59,990 bases of DNA from a virus: positions 1 through 59,990 of the IMG/VR virus record IMGVR_UViG_3300035533_000010. One strand, written 5' to 3'. The notes under the pieces were generated by a model. It had not been told where the DNA came from and made no database searches. It saw nothing but the letters and a program-made list of their open reading frames with translations. Below, piece after piece: positions 32,742-40,369 of this stretch. Every line of letters begins with the position of its first letter. Within the stretch, counting starts at the first letter, position 1. The position numbers and the translations under genes are program-made.

Positions 32742-33251
32742 ATGAAATCATTTATCCTAAAAAACGAACAGCGCCGGACCTTTGTATCAAACCTGATCAT
32801 AGAACAGCCTGTGGACGGGTCCGTTACTGTCGAAATCAAAAAGACTGATATGTCCAGCACAGCCAAACAGCGCCGTTTGCAGTGGCGCTGGAACGGAGAA
32901 GTAGCGGCTTCCGGCCTGGGCCGTGACGACACAAAGGATGGAGTTCATATCACAGCAAAGTGGATGTTTGCCCGCCCTATCCTGCTCAGGGACAGCGAAG
33001 TTTTCGGCGGCATCTATGCCGGGTTCTCGCTTATGATCCAAGAGGTTCATGAGCAAAGCCGGGCCGATCTTTGGCGGGAATTTACCCGGAACTATATCAG
33101 CACTGAGCAGATGACCCGGCGGCAACGTGCTGAGTATCTGCGGGAGTTTGAAATGTATTGGCGGGGAAAGGGTGTGGATCTTTCAATACCATCCATGCAA
33201 GGGCTGGATGAAAATCTTGGCTGGAAGCCAAAGGGTGCAAGCGATGATTGA
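32742..33251 (+). CDS. NinB/Orf-like recombination mediator (tentative)
   Basis: VTVEIKKTDMSSTAKQRRLQWRWNGEVAAS parallels lambda NinB VVTIQERNRSLDQNRKLWACLGDVSRQ, and the length is similar. The comparison is from memory. Confidence 0.5.
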   Translation: MKSFILKNEQRRTFVSNLIIEQPVDGSVTVEIKKTDMSSTAKQRRLQWRWNGEVAASGLGRDDTKDGVHITAKWMFARPILLRDSEVFGGIYAGFSLMIQEVHEQSRADLWREFTRNYISTEQMTRRQRAEYLREFEMYWRGKGVDLSIPSMQGLDENLGWKPKGASDD

Positions 33252-33366
33252 TTTTTTGTTAAACCATGCCGGCTTTCTATGGTCTGTAAACGAACTGAAC
33301 GCAGAAACAGGAAGTTACGCCTATGCAGTATTTGTCTTGTTTGTGGTGTGGGCTGTATGCAAATAA
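33244..33366 (+). CDS. Possible 40-aa membrane miniprotein
   Basis: MIDFLLNHAGFLWSVNELNAETGSYAYAVFVLFVVWAVCK. It has an 8-nt overlap with the upstream gene. The first 17 nt are repeated at 34284. Confidence 0.35.
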   Translation: MIDFLLNHAGFLWSVNELNAETGSYAYAVFVLFVVWAVCK

Positions 33367-33383
33367 CAAAAAAAGGAGGCAGT

Positions 33384-33527
33384 ATGAAAGAAGCAGTTGT
33401 GTACAAATCAACGTCTGGATATTGGGTAGCAGAATGTGTCAAGACTGGATTGAAGATAGGTGGCTATCATGATTCTGAGCTGGATGCGTATAAGGCGGCT
33501 AACAGAAGCGGATATCTCGTAAGATGA
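33384..33527 (+). CDS. Small hypothetical protein (47 aa)
   Basis: AAAGGAGG lies 6 nt upstream of ATG 33384. MKEAVVYKSTSGYWVAECVKTGLKIGGYHDSELDAYKAANRSGYLVR. Confidence 0.5.
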   Translation: MKEAVVYKSTSGYWVAECVKTGLKIGGYHDSELDAYKAANRSGYLVR

Positions 33528-33841
33528 TCCCAAAAACCAAACCCATCCGCGATCCCGGATACCTTGCCTGGCTGCGCACCCTGCCATGTGCCTTGTGCGG
33601 ACACACTCCGTGTGATGCAGCACACCAACGGCTTTTAGGCGGTGGCGTCGGATCAAAACCAGGCGATGACCTGGCGATACCGCTGTGCTGGAAGTGCCAC
33701 GATTCTGAGCATAGGCGGGGCGTTTTGACGACATGGAACGAGAAACAACCAAAGGAGTGCGGGTGGACCCGGGAAGACCTGCGGGAGCATTTGCGGGGGT
33801 TGTGCAAGGGGTTGAGGGGGCGGTATATGAGGGGCAAATAA
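33524..33841 (+). CDS. DUF968 / P1 Ref-like HNH-family zinc protein (tentative)
   Basis: YLAWLRTLPCALCGHTPCDAAHQR...KPGDDLAIPLCWKCHDSEHRRG follows the C..C...H...PLC..CH...H pattern. Confidence 0.55.
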   Translation: MIPKTKPIRDPGYLAWLRTLPCALCGHTPCDAAHQRLLGGGVGSKPGDDLAIPLCWKCHDSEHRRGVLTTWNEKQPKECGWTREDLREHLRGLCKGLRGRYMRGK

Positions 33842-33857
33842 CAGGGAGGTCAAAAAA

Positions 33858-34028
33858 ATGGCAAAAGTTTTTGAAATCTGCAACGCGTATGAAAGTGGAT
33901 TCGGACATGGATACGACAATGACGACAGATACGGTGATTTTTATGCTGATCCGGATCTAAATGAGGCGTATAAAATCGGGTATCAGGAGGGCATGTCTCG
34001 GTGTGTATCTGACGCTGAAGGTGATTGA
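33858..34028 (+). CDS. Small acidic hypothetical protein (56 aa, below the track threshold)
   Basis: GGGAGG lies 8 nt upstream. MAKVFEICNAYESGFGHGYDNDDRYGDFYADPDLNEAYKIGYQEGMSRCVSDAEGD. Confidence 0.5.
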   Translation: MAKVFEICNAYESGFGHGYDNDDRYGDFYADPDLNEAYKIGYQEGMSRCVSDAEGD

Positions 34029-34051
34029 GGGGCAAATAACAAGGAGGTAAT

Positions 34052-34282
34052 ATGATTGAACCAACAAACGACTTTACACATCTTTGGAATGACCTTCCGA
34101 TAGAGGATCGAGAATGGCTTATCCCGCATATTATTGAATCTCAAAAGTTGCACATTTGGCAGTGCAAGCAAAAAGCCATTACCGCACACAAGCGGCACAT
34201 GAAAGAGATGGATGACTGGATGAAAAGGCTGGACGATAAGTTGAAAAAAATTAAAGCGCAACAAAGAAGCAACCCCGAATGA
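34052..34282 (+). CDS. Hypothetical protein
   Basis: 76-aa ORF with AAGGAGG 6 nt upstream. Confidence 0.6.
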   Translation: MIEPTNDFTHLWNDLPIEDREWLIPHIIESQKLHIWQCKQKAITAHKRHMKEMDDWMKRLDDKLKKIKAQQRSNPE

Positions 34283-34298
34283 CATGATTGATTTTTTG

Positions 34299-34327
34299 TT
34301 GACAGGGGTTTTTGGGTTTGGTATGGT
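34299..34327 (+). promoter_or_regulatory. Promoter candidate TTGACA-17-TATGGT
   Basis: TTGACA at 34299-34304 and TATGGT at 34322-34327, directly upstream of the structured region. Confidence 0.4.
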
Positions 34328-34333
34328 GATTAT

Positions 34334-34529
34334 ACACAGGATCAGGCGTCGGTTGGCACCCGGCACAAAACCAACCTGTGTGAAAGGGGAGATTAAGTAT
34401 GGTGGAAAGACCTTTTAAAAACAAAATAAACCCGGTTTTTACCTGGGCGCACCCTCTCCCATTGGGGTGCTGCCAAACACTCGTTTTCACCATACGGGGT
34501 GCGTCCAGGTATTTGCCGGGTTTTTTGTT
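34334..34529 (+). ncRNA. Structured RNA candidate (sRNA or attenuator leader) upstream of an HNH gene
   Basis: The 5' hairpin is 34334-34381. A long helix pairs AAACCCGG/CCGGGTTT (34428-35 with 34516-23) and 14 bp of 34441-54 with 34497-510, including one G.U, then a T-run. A pseudoknot candidate pairs GTATGGTG (34397-404) with CACCATAC (34488-95). An alternative pairing uses GGGTGC at 34465-70. Confidence 0.4.
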
Positions 34530-34535
34530 TGAAAG

Positions 34536-35096
34536 GTGCCTGCCGTGACAAAGAGAAAATCACTATCCAAAAAAATTCGGTTTAACGTATTCAAAAGAGA
34601 CAACTTCAGATGCGCTTATTGCGGAGAATCTCCGCCTAAAGTGGTGCTTGAGGTTGACCATATCACACCTGTATCAAAAGGCGGAGACAACGGTATAAAC
34701 AACCTTTTGACGGCTTGTTTTGACTGCAACAGGGGTAAAACAAACGAAAAGCTTGACACCATACCGCAAAACCTTACAAAGAAGCTTGAGGTTTTAAGAG
34801 AAAAAGAAACGCAGCTATCCGAATATAATAAGTTTTTATCAAAAGAAAAAACCAGGATTAACAGACAAATCAAATCATTGGAAAATATATTCAGATCAAA
34901 GTTTCCAGAAGAGTCTTTTTATGAAGGGTTTAAGCAAAACACCATAAAGGTTTACTTAAAATATCTTACAATTCACGATTTAAAAGATGCGATGTTAATG
35001 GCAACAGACAGGACAACTGTGCCTGGACAATGCCTTAATTACTTTCGGAGCGTTTATGGATCTAAAATATATAGGCCACCACGTGTGGGGTCATAA
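34536..35096 (+). CDS. HNH endonuclease (McrA-like core) with C-terminal extension
   Basis: FRCAYCGESPPKVVLEVDHITPVSKGGDNGINNLLTACFDCNRGK. It starts with GTG (34536 or 34545). AT-rich. Confidence 0.75.
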   Translation: MPAVTKRKSLSKKIRFNVFKRDNFRCAYCGESPPKVVLEVDHITPVSKGGDNGINNLLTACFDCNRGKTNEKLDTIPQNLTKKLEVLREKETQLSEYNKFLSKEKTRINRQIKSLENIFRSKFPEESFYEGFKQNTIKVYLKYLTIHDLKDAMLMATDRTTVPGQCLNYFRSVYGSKIYRPPRVGS

Positions 35097-35101
35097 CAAA
35101 G

Positions 35102-35581
35102 ATGGTGATACCAAACGGCTTCATTCTGCTTGCAAAGAAAACGCTGACATCGAAAACTTACAGGATGGCACCATTTTATCGGGAAATCTGGATACACCTG
35201 CTCATGTCTGTCGGGTATAAAGACCAGGGAAAAGCCACTGGGAGGGGGCAAATTTATACCACATATGACAAAATAGCAGAAGGATTGCATTGGTTTGAAA
35301 ACCGAAAAAAATGTCAATATTCACACCGCCAGATTAAAAAGGCACTTGAGTTTTTCAGGTCAGAGGGAATGGTGATCACGGAAAAGCAGCCGAGGGGCGT
35401 TATTATAACTATCTGTAAATACAATGAATACCAGGATTGGAGAAATTACTTGAAGAACTTGGGCCAACACAATGGGCAAGAAAATGCAATAATACCGGAC
35501 GGTTATAAGAACAAAAATCAGAACTTGGGCCAACAACCCTTGAACTTGGGCCAACAAAAATTCTTGCAAGGGCTTGAATAA
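35102..35581 (+). CDS. Winged-helix protein, replication-initiator-like, with iterons in its own 3' end
   Basis: YTTYDKIAEGLHWFENRKKCQYSHRQIKKALEFFRSEGMVITEKQPRG is wHTH-like. The C-terminal NLGQ repeats are encoded by the iterons. Confidence 0.55.
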   Translation: MVIPNGFILLAKKTLTSKTYRMAPFYREIWIHLLMSVGYKDQGKATGRGQIYTTYDKIAEGLHWFENRKKCQYSHRQIKKALEFFRSEGMVITEKQPRGVIITICKYNEYQDWRNYLKNLGQHNGQENAIIPDGYKNKNQNLGQQPLNLGQQKFLQGLE

Positions 35582-35619
35582 ATGGGCTTTTTTATCGTTT
35601 CATTTTCTAACTTGGGCCA
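35455..35619 (+). repeat. Iteron array: 3x GAACTTGGGCCAACA plus 1x AACTTGGGCCA
   Basis: Copies at 35455-35469, 35521-35535 and 35542-35556, with a partial copy at 35609-35619. A very AT-rich 170-nt stretch follows. Confidence 0.8.
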
Positions 35620-35729
35620 TTCATTCTTTAATATTACACCAGTGTATATAGGTACTATATAGTTAATAGGGACTTTGCCATGACTAACTTTGAAAATCAC
35701 CGCAAACAATTTTTAGAATCATTCCCTGG

Positions 35730-35758
35730 TTGCAAAGTGATGTTGGTATATATAAAAT
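35730..35758 (+). promoter_or_regulatory. Promoter candidate TTGCAA-17-TAAAAT
   Basis: Hexamers at 35730-35735 and 35753-35758. A second candidate, TTGACA-17-CATATT, is at 35761-35789. Confidence 0.4.
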
Positions 35759-35794
35759 GCTTGACAATGTAAAACAAAAAAGGCATATTAAATT

Positions 35795-35977
35795 ATGGAA
35801 AAAAAGCTTAATAAGCAATTTGGTATCAGGATTTGTGAAAACCAAATTAAAAACCTCGAAGAGATAGCTTGCGCTGAACAAAGAAGCGTAGCAGCTGTCA
35901 TAAGGATGATGATTGATGAAGGAATCGAAAAGAAAAAAGCTGACTCAGGGAAGGTTAAAAGAACTTCTGAATTATGA
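35795..35977 (+). CDS. Ribbon-helix-helix DNA-binding protein
   Basis: QFGIRICENQIKNLEEIACAEQRSVAAVIRMMIDEG has the same layout as the RHH at 32020. Confidence 0.55.
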   Translation: MEKKLNKQFGIRICENQIKNLEEIACAEQRSVAAVIRMMIDEGIEKKKADSGKVKRTSEL

Positions 35978-36467
35978 TCCTGAGACTGGTGTTTTTACAT
36001 GGTTGGAATCAAGGAAGGCCTGTAAAAAAGGAGAAAGAGCCGGAAATATTGGGCCGATAGGGTACGAAAGGATACAAGTATTTAGAAAGCAATACTTATC
36101 GCATAGATTGGCTTGGTTTTATATGGAAGGTTTTTTGCCAACCGGGATAGAAATAGATCATATAAATAAAAATAGGGCGGATAATAGATGGAAAAATCTA
36201 AGGCTTGTTTCAAGACAATGCAATGCTAAAAATTGTAATGTATCAAAATGGAATAAGAGCGGCATAACTGGTGTAAGTTTTGATTCATCAAGAAAAAAAT
36301 GGATGGTTCAAGCCATGGTAAATGGAGTAAAAATATCTGGTGGTAGGTTTGATGAAAAGGTTGATGCCGCATTAAAACGATTTGAAATAGAAAAAGAATA
36401 TAATTTCCCAGACTGCCAAACAACATCTTCAGCTTATTTATATTTAAAAGATAAAGGGAAGATATAA
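35913..36467 (+). CDS. HNH-AP2 homing endonuclease, paralog 2
   Basis: LAWFYMEGFLPTGIEIDHINKNRADNRWKNLRLVSRQCNAKN plus SGITGVSFDSSRKKWMVQAMVNG. The N-terminal LNYDPETGVFTW and C-terminal SSAYLYLK match paralog 1. It overlaps the RHH 3' end by 65 nt. Confidence 0.8.
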   Translation: MMKESKRKKLTQGRLKELLNYDPETGVFTWLESRKACKKGERAGNIGPIGYERIQVFRKQYLSHRLAWFYMEGFLPTGIEIDHINKNRADNRWKNLRLVSRQCNAKNCNVSKWNKSGITGVSFDSSRKKWMVQAMVNGVKISGGRFDEKVDAALKRFEIEKEYNFPDCQTTSSAYLYLKDKGKI

Positions 36468-36468
36468 C

Positions 36469-37338
36469 ATGCCACAATTCGAGCATGACAGAAAAATATT
36501 TCTTGAGTCATTCCATTCTTGGAAAACTTTTCAGACATTCCCTGATGAAAAAGAAAGGTTTTCTGAAAAACAACGAAAGTTTTTAACCCGGCAAGTATCT
36601 GTGAAAGAAAATCAATATCCATATGGTGATTTCGATTTTACGCAGCCGTTTATCAAGCCTGAAATAATCAGGGGGCTGGAAAAGCTGAATGAAATGGGTG
36701 CTGGTGTTTACATGACAATCAGCGAAACAAACGGTAAGAGCAGGAGAACCGAAGACATTACCAGGGTGCGGGCCGTATTCGCCGATTTTGACGGCGCTCC
36801 ATTGCCCGATACGTTTGACGAGGCACCATCCATGATTGTTGAATCATCGCCTGATCGTTACCACGTTTACTGGCTGGTGGAAGACTTTCCGAAAGAATCT
36901 TTCAAAATAATTCAAGAAGCCATTGCCAAAAAATTCAATTCAGATCCGGTGGTGAAGGATTTGCCAAGGGTTATGAGGGTCCCGGGATTCTATCATAACA
37001 AAAAAGAGCCGTTTTTGACACGGATACTGGAATACTCTGGTGCAATATACGATTACGGCACTATCGTTGAAATTTTCCCGCCGATTGAGGTGAAGCAATG
37101 GAGCGCACCGAAATACCAGACACCGAAGCAATATACATCCGAGTTTCGTGGATCATATGGCGCGTCTGAAGGCGACAGAAACCATCACATGACTAGGAGA
37201 ATCGGAGGCATGCTTAAAAAGGGTATGCCTTGGAGCGAAATTGAGCAGGAGGCATGGAAAGAGGCGCAGGCATGTAATCCGCCGCTGTCTGAGTCTGAAA
37301 CCAGAGCGGTTTTGAAAAGTATGAGGCGATATGCTTAA
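36469..37338 (+). CDS. AEP-family primase-polymerase (RepB-primase-like) with PriCT-1-like C-terminus
   Basis: VRAVFADFDG (DxD), SPDRYHVYWLV (sxH) and LPRVMRVPGFYHNK (motif III). The C-terminal GDRNHHMTRRIGGMLKKGMPWSEIE...NPPLSESETRAVLKSMRRY is PriCT-like. Confidence 0.75.
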   Translation: MPQFEHDRKIFLESFHSWKTFQTFPDEKERFSEKQRKFLTRQVSVKENQYPYGDFDFTQPFIKPEIIRGLEKLNEMGAGVYMTISETNGKSRRTEDITRVRAVFADFDGAPLPDTFDEAPSMIVESSPDRYHVYWLVEDFPKESFKIIQEAIAKKFNSDPVVKDLPRVMRVPGFYHNKKEPFLTRILEYSGAIYDYGTIVEIFPPIEVKQWSAPKYQTPKQYTSEFRGSYGASEGDRNHHMTRRIGGMLKKGMPWSEIEQEAWKEAQACNPPLSESETRAVLKSMRRYA

Positions 37339-38974
37339 TCGAGACGTTGAACTATATCCTATCCAGAACAGAATTGTGGACGCTGCAAGAGACGCTTTTC
37401 GGTATCATAAACGGGTCGTTCTCATGGCGGCAACCGGACTTGGGAAAACCGTCATCGCAACCTGGATGATCAAGCAGGCCATAAAAAAAGATAAGCGGGT
37501 CTTGTTTGTATGTGACCGGATCGGACTGATCAATCAAACATCTGATGTGTTCCATCAATATGGCATCAACCATGGAATATTCCAGGCAGACAATCCACAG
37601 TATTGGCCTGAGTTGCCGGTCCAGATCGGGTCCATCCAAACATTGGCAAGAAGAAAACAGCGGGAATATGACATGATTATCTTCGATGAGTGTCATACAT
37701 GGCATAAAGCACATACAAAAATAATTGAGCATAACCCGGACACTTTTTTTCTTGGACTATCTGCAACACCGTTCACAAAAGGTCTTGGAAAATACTTTGA
37801 GACGCATATTCAGCCGGTCCCAATGAAAGAACTTATTGAGTTGGGGTATTTGAGCAAGTTTGAAATATACGGACCCGCGACCATTGACTTAACCGGCGTG
37901 AGAACCGTTGCCGGGGAGTACAAGGAAGACGATCTTGCTGATGCGGCAGACAAACCGAAACTTGTAGCCGATGTGGTGGGTACATGGAAGAAACTGGCAC
38001 GGAATAAAAAGACAATCGTTTTTTGTGTCAATGTTGCGCATGGAAGAAACCTGGAAAAAGAGTTCAGAAAATCAGGAGTTAATGCCAAAGAAATCAACGG
38101 GTATATGCCAAAAGATGGGGATGAAGGTGCAAACCAAATCATTGAAGATTTCCGTCATAATAAAATTAAAGTTCTTATCAGTTGTGAAATGCTGGTAAAG
38201 GGTTTCGATGTTCCAGACGTTCAGTGTGTCCAGTTTGCAACCGCTACAAAATCGCCTACAAAATGGATTCAGGCGTGTGGGAGAGGATTGAGAACGGCAG
38301 ACGGAAAGGATTTTTGTCGGATACTGGACCACGGGTCGAACACTGAACGGTTGGGGTTCCCAGACGATTATGAGTTTTTGGGGCTGGATGACGGTAAAAA
38401 GCACGATAAAAAGAACAAGAAAAAAGACCGGGACGAACCGGAGCCGAAACGCTGCCCGTCTTGTGACTTTATAAAACCTGCCGGTGTCCGTAAGTGTCCG
38501 GCTTGTCAGTTTGAGCCGCAGTATTTACAGGACATCGAGACTGAGAACGGGGATCTGGAAAAACTCAAACGGAAAGCAAGGTCCGAATATACCTTGATCG
38601 AAAAACAATCCTTCCTGGCACAGCTCAATCAATTTGCATTTGAGAGGGAGTTCAGAGAGGGTAAAAACGGTTGTTATGGTTGGAGCCTGCACCAGTACAA
38701 GGACAAGTTTGGTTCTGAGCCGTCAAGCCGGCTGGATTGGGGCAAAAAAGAACCCGTTGGCGATGAGGTCAAGAAGTGGATCAAGCACTGTTTCATTAAA
38801 AAAGCCAAATCCAAAGCCCCGGAGAAGTGCTTTGCGTGCCGAAGTGAACAATTCAAAATAGAAAAGGCAGGTCCACACAGAAAACTGTCTTGTGCGAAGT
38901 GTGGGAAATATATCAAATTTGTCAACACGGACCAGGAAGCCGGGTTGAGAAAGAAAGGACAGGTGATATCATGA
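37331..38974 (+). CDS. SF2 DEAD/DEAH-box DNA helicase with C-terminal zinc ribbons
   Basis: MAATGLGKTV (motif I), IIFDECH (motif II), LSATP (motif III), QACGRGLR (motif VI). Ribbons are CPSCDF..CPACQF and CFACRS..CAKCGK. Confidence 0.85.
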   Translation: MLNRDVELYPIQNRIVDAARDAFRYHKRVVLMAATGLGKTVIATWMIKQAIKKDKRVLFVCDRIGLINQTSDVFHQYGINHGIFQADNPQYWPELPVQIGSIQTLARRKQREYDMIIFDECHTWHKAHTKIIEHNPDTFFLGLSATPFTKGLGKYFETHIQPVPMKELIELGYLSKFEIYGPATIDLTGVRTVAGEYKEDDLADAADKPKLVADVVGTWKKLARNKKTIVFCVNVAHGRNLEKEFRKSGVNAKEINGYMPKDGDEGANQIIEDFRHNKIKVLISCEMLVKGFDVPDVQCVQFATATKSPTKWIQACGRGLRTADGKDFCRILDHGSNTERLGFPDDYEFLGLDDGKKHDKKNKKKDRDEPEPKRCPSCDFIKPAGVRKCPACQFEPQYLQDIETENGDLEKLKRKARSEYTLIEKQSFLAQLNQFAFEREFREGKNGCYGWSLHQYKDKFGSEPSSRLDWGKKEPVGDEVKKWIKHCFIKKAKSKAPEKCFACRSEQFKIEKAGPHRKLSCAKCGKYIKFVNTDQEAGLRKKGQVIS

Positions 38975-39081
38975 ACCAAGATCAGAAAATATCCAAACTC
39001 GAAGCCGAGGTCCGGCAACTCCGAGAGATTGTCCGGCAGTTGAAATTGCTGGTCAGGTATGCGGAAAAGGCGGGGAAATGA
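38971..39081 (+). CDS. Possible 36-aa coiled-coil miniprotein
   Basis: MNQDQKISKLEAEVRQLREIVRQLKLLVRYAEKAGK, with ATGA overlap to the helicase stop. Confidence 0.4.
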   Translation: MNQDQKISKLEAEVRQLREIVRQLKLLVRYAEKAGK

Positions 39082-39116
39082 CATCCAGACTTAACACAGG
39101 ATGGGGATACTAAATA

Positions 39117-39359
39117 ATGGACAAGCCAGAAAAATGTTGCGGTTTTGGTGAGTATCTATGTCAAATTCCTATGCCCGTAATGGGCAGGAGGGTTGATATT
39201 GATTTTTGTATTGCGGATATTGTTGCTGCCCTAAACGCGGCAAACATCAGAACGGTTGCCTCTTGCTGTGGTCACGGGATAATGGAGGGGATCGTTTCTT
39301 TAGAAGATGGTAGGCAATTAGAAATAAAAAAAGAGGCAAGCAATGAGGGTGAAGGTTGA
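39117..39359 (+). CDS. Cys-rich hypothetical protein
   Basis: 80 aa: KCCGFGEYLC...DFCIADIVAALNAANIRTVASCCGHG. Confidence 0.6.
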   Translation: MDKPEKCCGFGEYLCQIPMPVMGRRVDIDFCIADIVAALNAANIRTVASCCGHGIMEGIVSLEDGRQLEIKKEASNEGEG

Positions 39360-39651
39360 AAAAGAAATAGGCAACAATGGCGGCAAGATTAAGTGTAAAC
39401 TTGATATATATACAACATCGGCTGGTGGACCTCAACCATCGTTGGGATCTGCCACTCAAGGACAAATTGCCGCTGTTTTGTGGGATCTTTATAATGACAT
39501 TGCAGACAGCCTTTGCCTAAAGCCGCTTGAAAAAGACTACGCACACATGCAAGATACGCTGAGGCTTTTGGTTGCTACCGGTAAAACAGCGAGGGAGATT
39601 ATGGGGTGCAATGATATAGCACGGGAAAGTGACATACAGGATGGGGTATAG
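39343..39651 (+). CDS. Hypothetical protein
   Basis: 102-aa ORF with a 17-nt overlap to the upstream gene. Confidence 0.6.
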   Translation: MRVKVEKEIGNNGGKIKCKLDIYTTSAGGPQPSLGSATQGQIAAVLWDLYNDIADSLCLKPLEKDYAHMQDTLRLLVATGKTAREIMGCNDIARESDIQDGV

Positions 39652-40013
39652 TGGTACACCTCCCCAAGGCATACAAAAACCTATATTCGGCTGAAAAGAA
39701 AAACAAATACGGCGCTGTCAAGATCACAGTTGACGGCATCAAGTTTGATTCAAAAAAAGAAGCGGCCAGGTATCAAAGTTTGAAACTGGCTGAACGATGC
39801 GGCGCAATATCAGATTTGGAAACACAGCCAAGATTTGACATTAGGGTAAACGGAAAATACATAGCTTTTTACAAAGCTGATTTCAGGTATATGAAAAACG
39901 GATCTGAAGTGGTAGAAGATGTAAAATCAGCCATAACGGCAAAGAATCCTGTCTACCGGCTTAAAAAAAAGCTGGTAGAGGCGCTTCACAATGTCAAAAT
40001 AAATGAATTGTGA
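39651..40013 (+). CDS. DUF1064-family protein (putative resolvase-type nuclease)
   Basis: NKYGAVKITVDGIKFDSKKEAARYQSLKL...ISDLETQPRFDI is the DUF1064 signature. GTG start overlaps the upstream TAG. Confidence 0.7.
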   Translation: MVHLPKAYKNLYSAEKKNKYGAVKITVDGIKFDSKKEAARYQSLKLAERCGAISDLETQPRFDIRVNGKYIAFYKADFRYMKNGSEVVEDVKSAITAKNPVYRLKKKLVEALHNVKINEL

Positions 40014-40272
40014 GCGCGCTGAATAGGCCAAATTTTAACGAATAGACTTGGGTCTATACGGTAGCATGGGCCAGGGGTTGAAACTGAAAGGAACAAAAGA
40101 TGAACGGCAAACAGGCAAAACGAATCGCAACGGCGGCAATGACCGCTTGAAACACGGGATCGCTCCTTACCTCCTTGAGCCGCTGGGCCGTGGCAGCGAT
40201 AGCTGATATCCCGACAGGTTTTCATGCCCGATAAAATATCAGCAACCACGGCAACCAAAAACCAGAAAGGAG

Positions 40273-40313
40273 TTGACATCCTCCCCTCCCTGAAGAGAAG
40301 GGGAGGATGTCAA
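40273..40313. promoter_or_regulatory. Perfect 15-bp inverted repeat with 11-nt spacer (TTGACATCCTCCCCT / AGGGGAGGATGTCAA)
   Basis: Arms at 40273-40287 and 40299-40313. It lies in a 356-nt gap with no convincing ORF. On either strand the 3' arm reads AGGGGAGGATG (SD plus ATG). Confidence 0.8.
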
Positions 40314-40369
40314 CAAGGAATACCGGTGGTGATGGAGGTCAAGGACTGTAAAATTTTTTTGGAGGCAGA

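Noticed and set aside
34290-35100. Group I intron carrying the HNH ORF, or a retron-like msr/msd, as an explanation for the structured RNA at 34.3-34.5 kb
   Set aside because: The flanking ORFs (34052-34282 and 35102-35581) do not look like two halves of one gene. No reverse transcriptase exists in the genome. I could not identify P3-P8-type intron core pairings by eye. I left it as an unclassified structured RNA.
32600-35620. Repeat clusters as CRISPR arrays
   Set aside because: The repeats are only 12-17 nt long, present in 3-4 copies with irregular spacing. One set lies inside a coding region. They behave as iterons or operators, not as CRISPR repeats.
39986-40279. 97-aa minus-strand ORF in the 40.0-40.3 kb gap
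   Set aside because: It is Cys/Arg-rich, antisense to the local transcription direction, and overlaps the DUF1064 gene end. I kept it only as a hypothesis within the palindrome finding, not as a feature.
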